Shown here piece by piece: positions 14,492 to 27,402 of a stretch of DNA of 64,000 nucleotides. Below the pieces are notes generated by a model that searched no databases, had not been told where the DNA came from, and saw only the letters and a program-made list of their open reading frames with translations. Where the stretch lies: contig NC_092673.1 of assembly GCF_964355755.1 (NCBI RefSeq), forward strand, positions 30,315,648 through 30,379,647, in the 5' to 3' direction. This DNA comes from Antedon mediterranea. Its lineage: Eukaryota > Animalia > Echinodermata. A program made the translations under genes and the position numbers. The number at the start of each line of letters is the position of its first letter. Position 1 is the stretch's first letter.

Positions 14492-15021
14492 ACTTTTCTG
14501 GCTGTTTTACTTTATATGTATATAGGCCTACAGTACGTCGGAGAAACAAAAAACACTCTCCGTATGAGAATGACACAACATAGATCAGCTATCAAAACAT
14601 TAAAGCTTGATCAACCTGTAGCCGAACATTTTAATTCAGCTGGTCACTCGATTGCAAATTTCAGAGTTATTGCAATAGACCACGATGTCAAATGGAGCTA
14701 CAAAACTCGCAAAGACAAAGAAAACCACTGGGAATTACTACTTAAAACCACAAAACCTTTTGGACTTAACATTAGGAACATACTCCCAGATCGGTAAAAT
14801 TATTCCATTGACTACCAAAATTTAAGTTTCAATATTAACCACCATTTAAGCTGTTTTTTAGTCTCATTCCAAAATTGTTTATATCTCTACCAAGCTACCT
14901 TCTTTGTTTTCCACTCTTATTCAGACTCCACCCTGGCTCCCTTTGTTATATTTCTTTTATTCCTGTCCACCCAGGCAGCACTTGCCAGCTTTATACTCTG
15001 ACGCTATCCAAATTCCTTCAC

Positions 15022-15062
15022 TTGCACTGATGAAGGGCTAGTGTTGCCCGAAAGCTCTGCTA
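15022..15062 (+). ncRNA. Minimal type I hammerhead ribozyme (Penelope pLTR)
   Basis: GCA-CTGATGA-A-GGGC-TAGTGTT-GCCC-GAAA-GC-TC-TGC. Confidence 0.8.
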
Positions 15063-18000
15063 ACTTTTCTGGCTGTACTTTATCGTTTTGATTTAGATTT
15101 TCGCTTTTTATTTTTGTATCTCCATTGAGATCCAGCCACTGATACCCACAGCATTGTCATTTTTTTCAGTAATTTGCCTTTGGATTTATATATTTATATA
15201 TATATATATAATTTTCGTTACTTTTTACAATTTTTAATTTATATAAGAGGTAACCGGAAATAGAACATACTAATGTAAATTCGAATATTGTTACCTCCTT
15301 TTATCTCCTGCTTGACAGGTAATAACATTTTTAGGGCATCTTCATCAATTGATAAGTTTACAAACATTCCAGAAGACGGGTGTAATTCATTATTTTTGTT
15401 ATATTATTATCCAGAATGATGTTTGGAAATATGAAGCTTGTTATTCCTGCTATCCCAGTAATTACAGTTTTATTCAGGGATACAGATTCAGAAATCAACA
15501 AGCCTATAGCGTCGTACCTAGAAAGCTTACAAGAGAACGAGGATGGCGACCGACAACGCGCACTTGAAGACGCATCAACAAAGTGGAAGATGGCTCGCGA
15601 CAGATTGGTACAACAACTACAGGTGGTTGCCATAGAAGTTGCGATCGAATGCGACAAAAGTAACTGGTGCTGTAGTGTCGGTGGGTGGTACAATTTTGGG
15701 TATTGTTGGATTGGGCTTATCAATCGCAACTTTTGGAGTTGCAGCACCAATAATGATAGCTGGAGGTGCCATTGCGGGTGCAGGTGGAGCTATGGTAATT
15801 GGTTCCTCAATTGCAGCTGAAGTATTATCAAGCCGAGGAGCCAAAGAAGCTGATAAATTGATAAACGAGTGTAACGTCACGTTTGCTAATCTGCAAGAAG
15901 TTCGTAAGAAATACCAGGATGATCTGAGAGTTCACATGAAGGTTGCACAAATGATTGACAAAGTTCGTATCGTTTTTGAAAAGGTTAAAGATTCCATCAG
16001 AATTATTATAAGTAAGTTATTATAATACCGTACATTGATCGAGAGTAATTGTATTCTCTTAAATATTATCATTAATAACTTAGACTCCTTCTATAAATAA
16101 CATCTTTTCTTGCTCTTTACCATTATACCATACTTCAACAATTAATTACAATTAGGGTCGTTTGACAACTGGACAGACTAACGAAGATCTGCTGCTATTA
16201 ATGGACCTTATTTTACAAAAATCTTTCTTCTTTATAACGTGTATCAATCATAATAACTTTGTATAAAAACCTTTCAGCTATTGGAAACAAGATCACGCAA
16301 TTTATTGGTACCATTAAAAAGGAAATTGTTTGTAAAGGTAATACGTTTTAATTTTAAAAGTTTTTATTTTGTAGATAAAACATTGACATGCCTAATATAC
16401 ATTGTATTTAAAGAAAACATGAACACGAATTGCAACGCAAGCGACAGTTTGAATATCCTTCGCTTGTGATTGGTTAAAAAAGGTTGCGTCCTTGTGGAAA
16501 CTTTAGTCTTTCCATCAATTTGTGTTTTAATTTATGAAGGTTAAAATGTAACGCAGAGTATTAGCACTTTTTCGTAATAATATTTAAGATATGTTGGATA
16601 AACTTCCCTTTCAGTCACTTTAGCATTTTGATATAATGTGGCTACTGTTTTGCAAAACATAACACTTCTTAATTATGTATAATCCCTAGGCTTTAGCTTA
16701 TTTTCTGTGAAGTCATGAATGTTTGTATTATCTTTAATTTTGAATTGCCATGTTACCAAGTAATCTGTTGTTTTTTTAAAATTGTTTTTGCTAGTCGATA
16801 ATTTACATAAATACATTTAAATATTAACTTTATTCTAGTCTTTGGATCTGGTGCTAAAAATGGTTTTAAAATCGTTGATGCTGGTAAGGCCGTCAATGGA
16901 GTTGTGAGGTTAACGGTATCAACAGGTAAGATCCACATGAACACGGTTTTTACAGAATCTTACACTTTTAGAGTACTTTATTGCATACATATTGACCCTC
17001 GTCCTTTGGATTTGACGTAAAGCTGTTGGTCCTGTGTTTGTACAGCTCAGGTTTCTCCCGGTGTCTTGATCTTGGTAGGCACTGTAAAAACTTTTGGCCG
17101 TGGGTCCGTAGTTAAATTTCCTCAGTTTCATGTTAAGATTGAGGGTATAGGAAAGAAAAGAGAAATAAATGTTCTGAAATGAAAAATGAAAAAAAAGAAT
17201 AAATACATTTAGATTTAGCTTACCTTTTCTCTATAACATTTTCAATTTGTTTAGTCGGAAGAACTCTTGATGAAATTGGTGGAGCTACATTTCGGGTAGC
17301 TGGTATGTCGCTTAAAATAGCTGGAATTGCCCTTGCTGGAGTGGCCATTGCATTTGATATGTACACACTCATCACAACATCAATCGATATACATAAGGGT
17401 AATCTCGACAAAGCTGCTGATGAAATCGAAAAGATTGCAGAAGATTTAAAAAATATGACACCACCAACGACTGAAGATACAATGATTGAATCATTAAAAT
17501 CAGTTGCAGATGAACTTGAAATACCATGTGACGTCTTAGACATCGATAACTAGGGAAGAATTAGTAACCATGATAATTATCATCGATGATTACGACCAAT
17601 AGGCTTTATGTTTTTTTTTCATTGATCTTTTATATTTGATATAGGCCTAAGCATAGTATATAATAATATTTCTAGGATTGGCTGTAATTTTTGTTTTCTC
17701 TAACTTATTCTAGCCGCAAATATTGCCCTGGTTCAATAAGAACTTCAAACTACGATCGAACAGGTTATTTTTTATATATTTAGATATATTAAAATGTTGA
17801 ATCAAAGTTTTTGAATTGACAAATATCAGTCCATCAGTTGGTCCAGGATGATTAAAAACCAAATAAGTTGTTTCTTTATGCAACGCAAGTATAAAAATAT
17901 GATGTAATAAGAATGGTCTTTAAAACAGTAATGATATGCAAGTATACATGCAAACCGTAACTACATTATAGAATTACGAAAATCAAACTTTAGAAGTAAT

Positions 18001-18127
18001 AGAAATGTGATAATACTGTAAGAAACATTGTATATAATACAATGTAATCAATTGAATAAAATATTTTCAATTCTGTTTTTTCATGTGCTTACAAAACAAT
18101 AATAGCATAGCGTCAAATGTATTTATA

Positions 18128-18270
18128 AAGCTTTGTTCCCACTGGGAGATGCAACGCAAGGACGTAGACGCAACGCAAACGAGTTGACCAATGACAAGGA
18201 CATTCGAACAAATCCATCGCTTGTGATTGGTCAAATCCTTTATGTTGCGTTACGTCGTTGTGTTAGGTCT
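18128..18270. mobile_element. Palindromic MITE-like repeat (related fragment ~16430-16505)
   Basis: GACGTAGACGCAACGCAAA..TTGACCAATGACAAG / CTTGTGATTGGTCAA..GTTGCGTTACGTC inverted symmetry. Confidence 0.5.
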
Positions 18271-18908
18271 CAAGCATTAATTCAACTCTGATGATGTTTT
18301 TTGATCGAAACACAAACGTGCACAAGGCAATTCACTGTCTGTTTGTAGAAAATAACCTAAACCTGACGAGACACTGATCATCAACATCACCCAGAACCAC
18401 CATGTTTAATTCGTTCTCTATCTATAAATATCAGAACTGGCTTTCACAGCAAGGCTAAAAATAAACACGTACCCTCTTTTGTTCATTTCCCGTAACGTAT
18501 TATTTTCATGCATGGGTTTGTCGATTGTTCCGTATTGATACAAAGGAATGAACCCTAGTTTATCTACATTACTACTATGCTTGCTGTCTAAAAACAAAAT
18601 TACAAATGGCGAGCCGTAGACAGGGAATAGAATTGTACCTGACCAATATTGATGGGCCTACCTCAGAAATTATTCAAACATTAATCAGACGTCATGGCAA
18701 TGATGAAGATTTTATCACATGGTTAACCATTGCAGAAGAGATCACTTCACGTGAATGTGAACTTAGGCTATAGTGAAAATATTTCAAGAAAATAGGGATG
18801 GTTCGATTTCTTGGAGGTAAGTTAATTCGCTGCCCTGAATGGCTGCAGTGGAAAGTACCATTTGGTAATGGAAATGATTATAAAAAAACTGATTTTATAT
18901 TTATTATT

Positions 18909-19081
18909 AGAGAGGTTTCAAAATCAAACTATACTCGTTTTGTAGTTACGAATATGACTGGTGATATTCGTCAACGCGAATACGCTTTACGAATATGAAA
19001 TGGGGATCAGCTTAAAAGTTTCACAAATGTGTGACGTATCCGTTTTCGTTATCGTATTCGTAAGGTTGCGAAACCTCCCTA
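18909..19081. mobile_element. Small MITE-like element
   Basis: Imperfect TIRs GAGAGGTTTCAAAATC ... GGTTGCGAAACCTCCC with internal ACGAATA/TATTCGT motifs. Confidence 0.4.
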
Positions 19082-19647
19082 ATATTACGCAATTGCAATA
19101 TAAGTAGGCCTACATTGTTTTAGACATTCTGAACAGGCTAAAAATGACTTAACACCTCCATGGCTGATATTGACTTTTCACGATCGTCACAATTCAATTG
19201 ATTAGCTCAGTCCCCCGTAAATACTTTACAATTTTTCGACTGCCCTTGGCTTTCCGATATTATCATTTTAGTCCCATTGTGTTTCTAAATTCAGAACGAA
19301 TGACTTGTTTATTTGCTTACATACGTGTCGAAATCTATCTCACCTTTATAATTATGTAGGCTAATTTCATTGACGTGAAAGTGGTTTTGTTGCTCTTGTT
19401 TTGGCCATAAAAGTGTTAGGAAAGGAAGGAAAGCCATGCCAAAGCGTCGGTTAAATGTGTTATATATACGATTCACATCATATTACTCCTTTTACTTCTT
19501 GCTTCATCAAAAAGTTTCCACTTTTAAGATGTACTGCACATAAAATGAAAACCAATCGCAGCTCAGGAGAAAATGCTTTGGCCTATTTACACCATAAGAC
19601 ATGAAATAAAGTCACGGTATACGGCACCTATTCACTCTTGCAAAGAA

Positions 19648-19776
19648 AACAAGGCCATATACATAGCTGCAGTCGCGTGCTCAAATTTGAGTTAGTGTTT
19701 ACCGAACGACCAACCGACCGACCGACCATCCGACCGACACAAATAGCTGTAGAGTCGCGTTGCACGCGACTAAAAA
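19648..19776 (-). mobile_element. Short DINE-1/HINE-like (Helentron-associated) repeat
   Basis: AACAAGGCC...GTCGCGTGC, (GACC)n, AGAGTCGCGTTGCACGCGACTAAAAA termini shared with longer copies. Confidence 0.65.
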
Positions 19777-21818
19777 TGATGACATTTTTGTATTCACCCG
19801 AATGAATTCGCCCAGTGGAAAAAGTATTAGTATTATTAATCTTTATCTTTTAAGCAAACTTATTTTGCAGAATGGGGTTTGACATCATGAATGTTGTTAT
19901 TCCTGCCATACCAGTGATTGAAACGTTTCTTAGTGGCATGGGCCGAACCAACAGATTTAAAAGAAATTGGGCGTTAGACTACCTAAACAGTTTACAACGG
20001 ATGGAGAATGACCGACTCGTGATTGACGGTGCGTTAACTCAATGGAAGATGGCTCGGCAAACATTACTGGAACGACTACGTGTAATAGCTTTGGAGATAG
20101 GAAATCACAGAAAGAACTCAAGTTATGCTAAGATAATCAGTGCTACAACGTCACTGGGTGGAACACTGGCAGTTGTGGTTGCATTAGCCACAGTTACTGT
20201 AACTGCTGGTGCGGCTACGCCTTTTCTGGTGGGTGGAGGTGTTGCCGGAGTTCTAGGTGGAGTCACGGCTGGTGGTGCGTCGATTGCGGCTGATGTATTG
20301 TCGAAGAAAGGAGCCGAAGAAGCCAACAGACTGGTTGATGAGCATAATACGGCATTCTCTAAACTATGTCAAGCTCAAATAACATACCAAGATGGCATAA
20401 GAACCCACATTAAAATTATAGAGACGGCTGGCAGAGCAGTGCTATTTGTCAAGAGAGTTAGAAATGCAACTACGGTTTCTCTATGTAAATATATAATTTT
20501 TAAATAACATTTTTATCTAAAAAATCACATGGTATTTTATATTTTCATAGTACTTCTTATCTGAATAAAACAGATAACGTATACATTCTTTTCTCCTTTT
20601 AGAATCAAACTTAACAAAGCAGTGCTACAGCAATGACCCGAATAAATCGATATAAAACTGATAAACATAAACATTGATCATTGATATTGGTGTATTGCAA
20701 TAAAACGTTCCAATACTCCCTTTTTTTGGTAATTAATTTGTTTATGGATTCGCCTTGCCATATGCAGTTGGTATTTGGAATCGAGGGAAATGCATCCTAG
20801 GATAATACCCACTATTGAATACCTCCATGATCGAATGCGACAAGCACCTCATCTCATCGCCTTCATTAAAATCTTTTTTCTTTATCTTGTTCAAAAGGTA
20901 TGGGACGAAAAAGCAGAAAGTACATTGGTACAATTAGAAGCATTGCACAAGGTAATACTTACTGTATTTTTATAATATTACAGAGGTACAAATCCGTATT
21001 ATACTTAATCACAAAGATGATATTTGGTCAATTGTGTGCGAACCGGTGTCCTTTGGACGATGCTGACCATGTTGTACCATTTGAAATATTGGACGAGGCG
21101 AGTCGACGTGAAAGTGTTTCACGTTGCGGCTTACGTCCTAATGGGAACCAAGATAGATGTTCACGTATATAAATATATATTGAACACTTAAATACTTTTA
21201 AGTATTAAACATTAACATGTTTTGAAATATACTGTAGTTGGAAATGTTCCTGGTACGTTACTAGCTGTTTTCCGGGTCGAGACCGATAGTGGTACTGCCA
21301 TCACTGTGACAATAGAAAACGTAGCTCAACCAGGTAAGATGAACGGATGTATTCTTTCTTCATTCATACATGCATTTGCTTACAATACAAATAAATAAGT
21401 GAAATAAACACAACACTATTTTATATTGTAGTTGGAAATGTACAAGTCACGTCACCACCGAGTGTCAACAAGCTGGAGACGAATAGCGGAGCCGGGGTAA
21501 TGCAAACAGCTGTATCGGCAGGTATGGCTTAAGTGGATGATATTTTTATTTTATTTATTTTATTTTTTATTTTAACGATATTTAATGAGGGTGATCCATC
21601 CAGCAGCTGATGATCATTTGGGACCCTCAGAACAGATACAATACACAAAATACAACAAAAATAGAAAAGTTAAAGAAAAACAAAAACCAAACAAAATTAA
21701 ATAAATTACATGAGAATAAAAATCTGAAAAAGAAAATTTGGAATATAGAAATAACTGATATGTTAAATTAAGCAAAAATATATAGTATATTAGAATTAAT
21801 GTTCTTTGCCTGATTTTG

Positions 21819-22316
<498 letters not shown>

Positions 22317-24070
22317 TATATATATAAATATATATATAAATATTTAGATCTAATATTTTACAATTTAAAACCTGGAAAAGGAATACATAGTTTGGAGAAA
22401 AGTCATAAGTCTAGTTTTTAAAGATAGATAGAGGAAGATCATTGTAGAAATGAGGTGCATTGTAGCTGAAGGAGAGTTTGAAAATTTCAAGAGAGGGTTT
22501 AGGAATGTGAAGATTTCCTTTGGAGATTTGACGAGTAGCCATCCTCCCATTGGCAATAATGTTCGTTAGGAGATGGCATAAGCATTGAGGAGCAAGGAAG
22601 AAGATTTAGGGTTTTGAAAGTAAGAAAACCAAGTTGGTAGTGGAGTCTTTTCTGAAGAGGAATGGTATGGGCTAGTCCAAAGTGATCATCAGAGAGGTAT
22701 GACATAGGATGAAGTTTGAGAATAATGCGTAAAGCTCTGCTTTGGATTGTTTTTGTTTACTAGAGAGGTTAACTCGCGAGAGAGTGAAACTCGCGATGCT
22801 TTATCACTTCTTCAAATTTTCTATAGTAGGCCTAGTATTACATAATGTTTCCCAATATTTCAAAATTGGTGAAGAATAAACACTTATTTCATTTCTGGTA
22901 TTTTTTCTGTTTATAAAGTCGCCAGGGCGTCTATAGGGCTTACGGATAACTTCGCCGAAGCAACCATGACGATAGCTGCCGGTAGTTTGATTCGATCGCT
23001 AGGAATGGTGGCTGAATCAATTGCCATTGGATTCGATGTATACACAATCATTTCAACAGCACTAGATATGAACGCGGGGAATCTTGATGAAGCTGCTGCT
23101 AAAATTGATCAACTTGTACAGACATTGGGAAACGTTACGCCACCAACGTTAAATGATGTCATCATTGAATCAGTCATCCCAGTTGCGGGTAATCTTGGTA
23201 TCCCATTTGAGGGGGACTATGTAGTCACCCGCACCGCACATGTGTTCTACTATAAAGAAGAATGGGTGGTCACTTCGTAGAATAAACATGTCTGATCATT
23301 ATAACGTTGCAAACGTGTGTGGTTATTACCTTCAAAGTAATCGAAGACAATTCAAAATACTATAAATTATTTCCTAGGTACATCAATAACGTATAACCGG
23401 AAATAGTTTTTGTTGTATATAGGCCTAACATTTTCAATTCAATGTCCATTTAATGAAAAGCTCCGGTCTCAAATCAAATTGAGAGGATCCGATACAAAAA
23501 AAACTTATTTCTGCAATGATTAGTAGCGCTAGCCTACTTAAGTTGTTTCAAAATAAAAGTGGTTGGAAGGAGACCAGTATATTCAATTTCTAATTATTAA
23601 TAACATCGTGTGTATATTTGTGTTTAGTGAGTTAACTCAAAATAGATAAACTGACTTACCATTAATGTGACAGAACAAAAGTTGATTCCATTAAATGCTT
23701 CATTTATATTACAATGCGTTTATGATATTCTTCGTAATGAATACTCTCGCATGACATATAAAACACAACTACCATGTAAGTAATAAATGGTATACTCCAC
23801 GCTCATCGGAGTGAATGAAGTGATTTACAATTACACCTGTAATAAACCTGCTAATAATGCATCAGGTTGTTCATGTGTCGAAAAGCCGAAATTTTAAATA
23901 TGCATGAAAACGATTAAATGTGGATTCCAAACATTGAATGAATGACTAAACAAATTGACAACTACACCTGTAATACACCTGCTAATTATGCATCAGGATG
24001 TTATGTCCCGAAAACCCGAATTTTATATATGCAGGAGCAAAATTATATTTTGCCAAGTAAAAATTAAACA

Positions 24071-24889
24071 AACAAGGCCAACAGCCATAAAGTCGCGTGC
24101 TACAATGCATAGTGATACCGGACCGACAGACAAACAGACCAACCGACAGACAGACAGACCGACAGACAGACGGACCGACCGACATAGTGAACTATACTGA
24201 CCGAAATTACTGAACATGTTTAAAAATGTTGAAATGTTTAAAAACATTTATATTTTTTTAATTTACACGTGCGTAGCCTGTCACTTTTGACGTGCTCGTA
24301 TAACGTAATTTCGAGTTGAAAAGTAAGTCAACAAAACAGAAATCGGGCAAAAAGAGTGCGCAATAACATTTAACGCGCAGTGCGCACGCAAAAATCTGCG
24401 CACTCATGGCAATTTTGTAAACGCTTAAAATTGCCTGAAACGTACTCTTATTTCATCGAAAATAAATTTTTAAAATTTTAAGCGCGCGTACGCATGCGTT
24501 ACATGCGCTACGCACGTAATTGTATTGCCATATGATGATTTATGCCCTGAAATTTATGAGTACCAAATTTTATTTAATTGTGATTCATGGTTGTTAAGAT
24601 AATGATTACAAACGTGATTTCGTTAAATCGTGCGTAGACCGCGTAATTTTTTATTGCGCACCGTGAAAACATAACCACATCGATTCCTGGCCATAAGGAA
24701 TATTCTGTGAAAAATTGACTTAGCTAGAGTAAACTGATATCAAGATAAGGTCATAAAGCGATAAAACGCATAGTGATACCGGACCGACAGACAGACAGAC
24801 AGACCGACAAACAGACCGACAGACAGACCGACAGACAGACCGACCGACCGACATAGTGAACTATAGAGTCGCTTTCACGCGACTAAAAA
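24071..24889 (-). mobile_element. DINE-1/HINE-like Helentron-associated element, long copy
   Basis: T-rich ends, GTCGCGTG..GCGAC subterminal inverted motif, two (GACA/GACC)n blocks, 3' GGCTGTTGGCC hairpin; inverted near-identical copy at 32411-33198. Confidence 0.8.
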
Positions 24890-25465
24890 TGCCATGCACA
24901 ACCATTATTGCTCTCATTCGATTCGATACAGTACGGTACTCAATATTAACTGAACGGTAAAAATATGTGTGTACCGGTATGTCTCATCAAGAGACGGCAT
25001 CATTTGTTTTTAACACGGAGAGCTGTTGTTAAATGTTGTACTCGGCAAATAGAATCTCATAGGCCCTCGCACGACGCATTATTGATATTGGTTATTGTTG
25101 ACTCTCTGATGTAGACACTTGCCTTGCAAAATTGTGTTTTAGTTTAGATGCAAGAAAAATTAAATCAGGTTACATCCCTTTAGGTTTGAGGGAAAACAAT
25201 TTTAAATGCAAGGAAAAATCAACTAAACCTAAATTTCTATAGTAAAAGTCTCATTGAAGTACAGTATATATTGATATATAAATTGTTTTACATTAAACTA
25301 ACAGCAGCCCTCAATCACCATTACATGGTCATGGTATTGTAAGTTCACTCACAATATCGACATTAACGATTCAATCACTGTATTTTTAGCCGTTGGTGGC
25401 TCCATGTTTTGTCAAATCTTCTACAACTGTTTGTGTTTGATCAGAAGCTTTGTCTTTAAATATCG

Positions 25466-27402
25466 CCCCCTCTAGGAAGTGTAGACGATGGTTCTCGGAA
25501 TGATAATGACTCGTGTAACAAGGTTTTAGAAGGACTTTCTGGCTCGGACGTTTTCGGTCGGTTACCATTATTGAAATGCTTGCTTTCGTAAAACTAAACC
25601 TACTCTCTTTCACAGTGTCTTAGGTGATTAATTTAGCTTTTAAAGTATGGTGTTTACTGTTCTGTTTTTAGGGCGGAGATGGGGAGGCGGAGTTCATTTG
25701 AGGGAGGTGCTTATTCGAGGAGTACGTTAAATTGTTTTGTTTTAATAATACTATGAACATTTATAATAAATATAATAAATCCTCAAATAGATATGAAAAG
25801 TGGTAAAAAGAATAACAAACGCTTGGTATTGTAGATGAGTCCAAATACAAATAGTATAATTGTGTTGGGCGGTGGACTGGGCGGCGATTATTATTCAGTT
25901 CTTCCGATGTAATTTTATACACTATTCCCCACAATATACTCCGATGTTTTATGAATCTATATATAAATTATGGTTAATTCTGACATAGTCGAGCACAATG
26001 CAAAAACTTCGGTACAAATCTCCGCCTTGGATACCTACCTTATCTATCTGAAATGTACCTCGAAACGTAGATTTGATAACATTAGTGTTCACATCGACGC
26101 TATTGTTCCATATTTCTATCTTAGGAAGATATTATAAAGAGTTTTTTAACAAAATTTATGATTTCAACATTAGATTTTCATCTCAATTTCAATTCTTCCC
26201 GGTCAAAGTTATTTCCTGGTTTAAGATAAGTTCACCTTGCAACAACCTGGTTTCAAATATTTTCTCTCTTTTATGCAAAAGGGAGCAGTTAAAATAATAG
26301 ATTTGACCCTAAAGGTGACTGGAAACAGGCACTTTCCATCAATCAATACAGTGTCCCTTTGGAAGACGAAAAAAAAAATCAGATAGTAGGACTGGAGCTT
26401 AACTGGAGCCATTAGTCATAGGCATTTCAGTTTTTTGTTTATTTTAAAACATACCGCGCGTGTGTGAAGGTACAGTAGTTAAATAATAGAAATTATATGC
26501 AAATTAATAAAGATCAAATTAAATATACGCCATAAAGAATCAGAATATATTGTGGGGAATAGTATTATAAAATTACATAGGGAGATTTGATGATAAGAAA
26601 TTTTTCGAGCGAAATCCTGAGTTTTATTGAGTAAGCTGGCAGGAATAACTGAGGCTATCCGTGTCCCGTTAGGACCGAGATGTCTGCCCATGTTGCAAGC
26701 CGTAATGTCTTCTTTCTGGGGCCCACTCTGTCACGGCAGTTAGTTTCAAAAGATGATTAAATTAAATAATGTATTAATAATTATTAGGATGGTATTCATT
26801 TGAATAAACGCCTCTCCAATAAAATATTACTTTGAATAAAAATCCCCTCCCCCCCCCCCAACAACCCAACTATCTAATAAACGTACATCCACATATTTAT
26901 AATAACACAATTATACTATTTGTAGTAAAATTCATCGCACTGTTATCTACAATTTACCAAGCATTTGTTATTCTTTTTACCACTTTTCATATCTATTAGA
27001 GGATTTCATTTGATTATAAATGTTACCATATTATTAAAACTAAACAATTTAACATATATCCCTCGAATAAGCACCTCCATCAAATGAACTCCGCCTCCCC
27101 AAAGGGCCCTACCAAACAATAAAAAACTATACTTTAAAATGTTATTAATCATCTAAAACACTGTGAAACAGAGTATAGTTTAGTTTTACGATTATGTCAA
27201 GCATTTTCAATAATGATAACCGACAGAAAACGTATAAGGAGAACATTATCATTCCGAGAACCATCGTCTACACTTCCTAGAGGGGGAGCGAGCGAAGCGA
27301 GCTCACCCTCTAGTATATTTAATTGATCTTTATTAATTTGCAGTATAAATTATATATTTTGTTTTTATATTTTGTCAGAATTAAGCATAATTTATATATA
27401 GA
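25466..27402 (-). mobile_element. Older non-autonomous Helitron copy, split by a nested copy of the same family
   Basis: 25466-25955 and 27314-27402 join as TTTTATGAA|TATATTTAATTGATCTT, matching the uninterrupted copy at ~44578; 5'-TC terminus at 27402. Confidence 0.75.
25956..27313 (+). mobile_element. Non-autonomous Helitron with both termini
   Basis: A|TCTATATATAAATTATGG ... GC-rich hairpin GAGGGGGAGCGAGCGAAGCGAGCTCACCCT-CTAG|T; inserted between A and T with no TSD. Confidence 0.85.

Larger units (their letters stand above)
14416..15190 (+). mobile_element. 5'-truncated Penelope-like element (pLTR fragment, GIY-YIG end, pLTR) in ApoL-1 intron 1
   Basis: QYVGETKNTLRMRMTQHRSAIK...PVAEHFN...KENHWELLLKTTKPFGLN GIY-YIG endonuclease; direct repeats 14418-14513 and ~14995-15080; (TA)n on both sides; near identical to 33724-34370. 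Confidence 0.92.
13104..17553 (+). pseudogene. Apolipoprotein L-like gene, copy 1 (frameshifted)
   Basis: Exons 13104-13309, 15415-16011, 16278-16337, 16839-16925, 17255-17553, all GT-AG and phase-compatible; ApoL-type hydrophobic hairpin (KVTGAVVSVGGTILGIVGLGLSIATFGVAAP...) and C-terminal AFDMYTLITTSIDIHKGNLDKAADEIEKIAEDL; frameshift at ~15641. Confidence 0.85.

Noticed and set aside
15641-15820. Cys/Trp-rich peptide or programmed frameshift in ApoL-1
   Set aside because: Out-of-frame read after a deletion; no slippery site, and paralogs show the missing codons.
15358-15880. Minus-strand ORFs over ApoL exons (also 17220-17543, 20123-20326, 29126-29377, 30686-30877)
   Set aside because: Antisense shadows of real coding exons.
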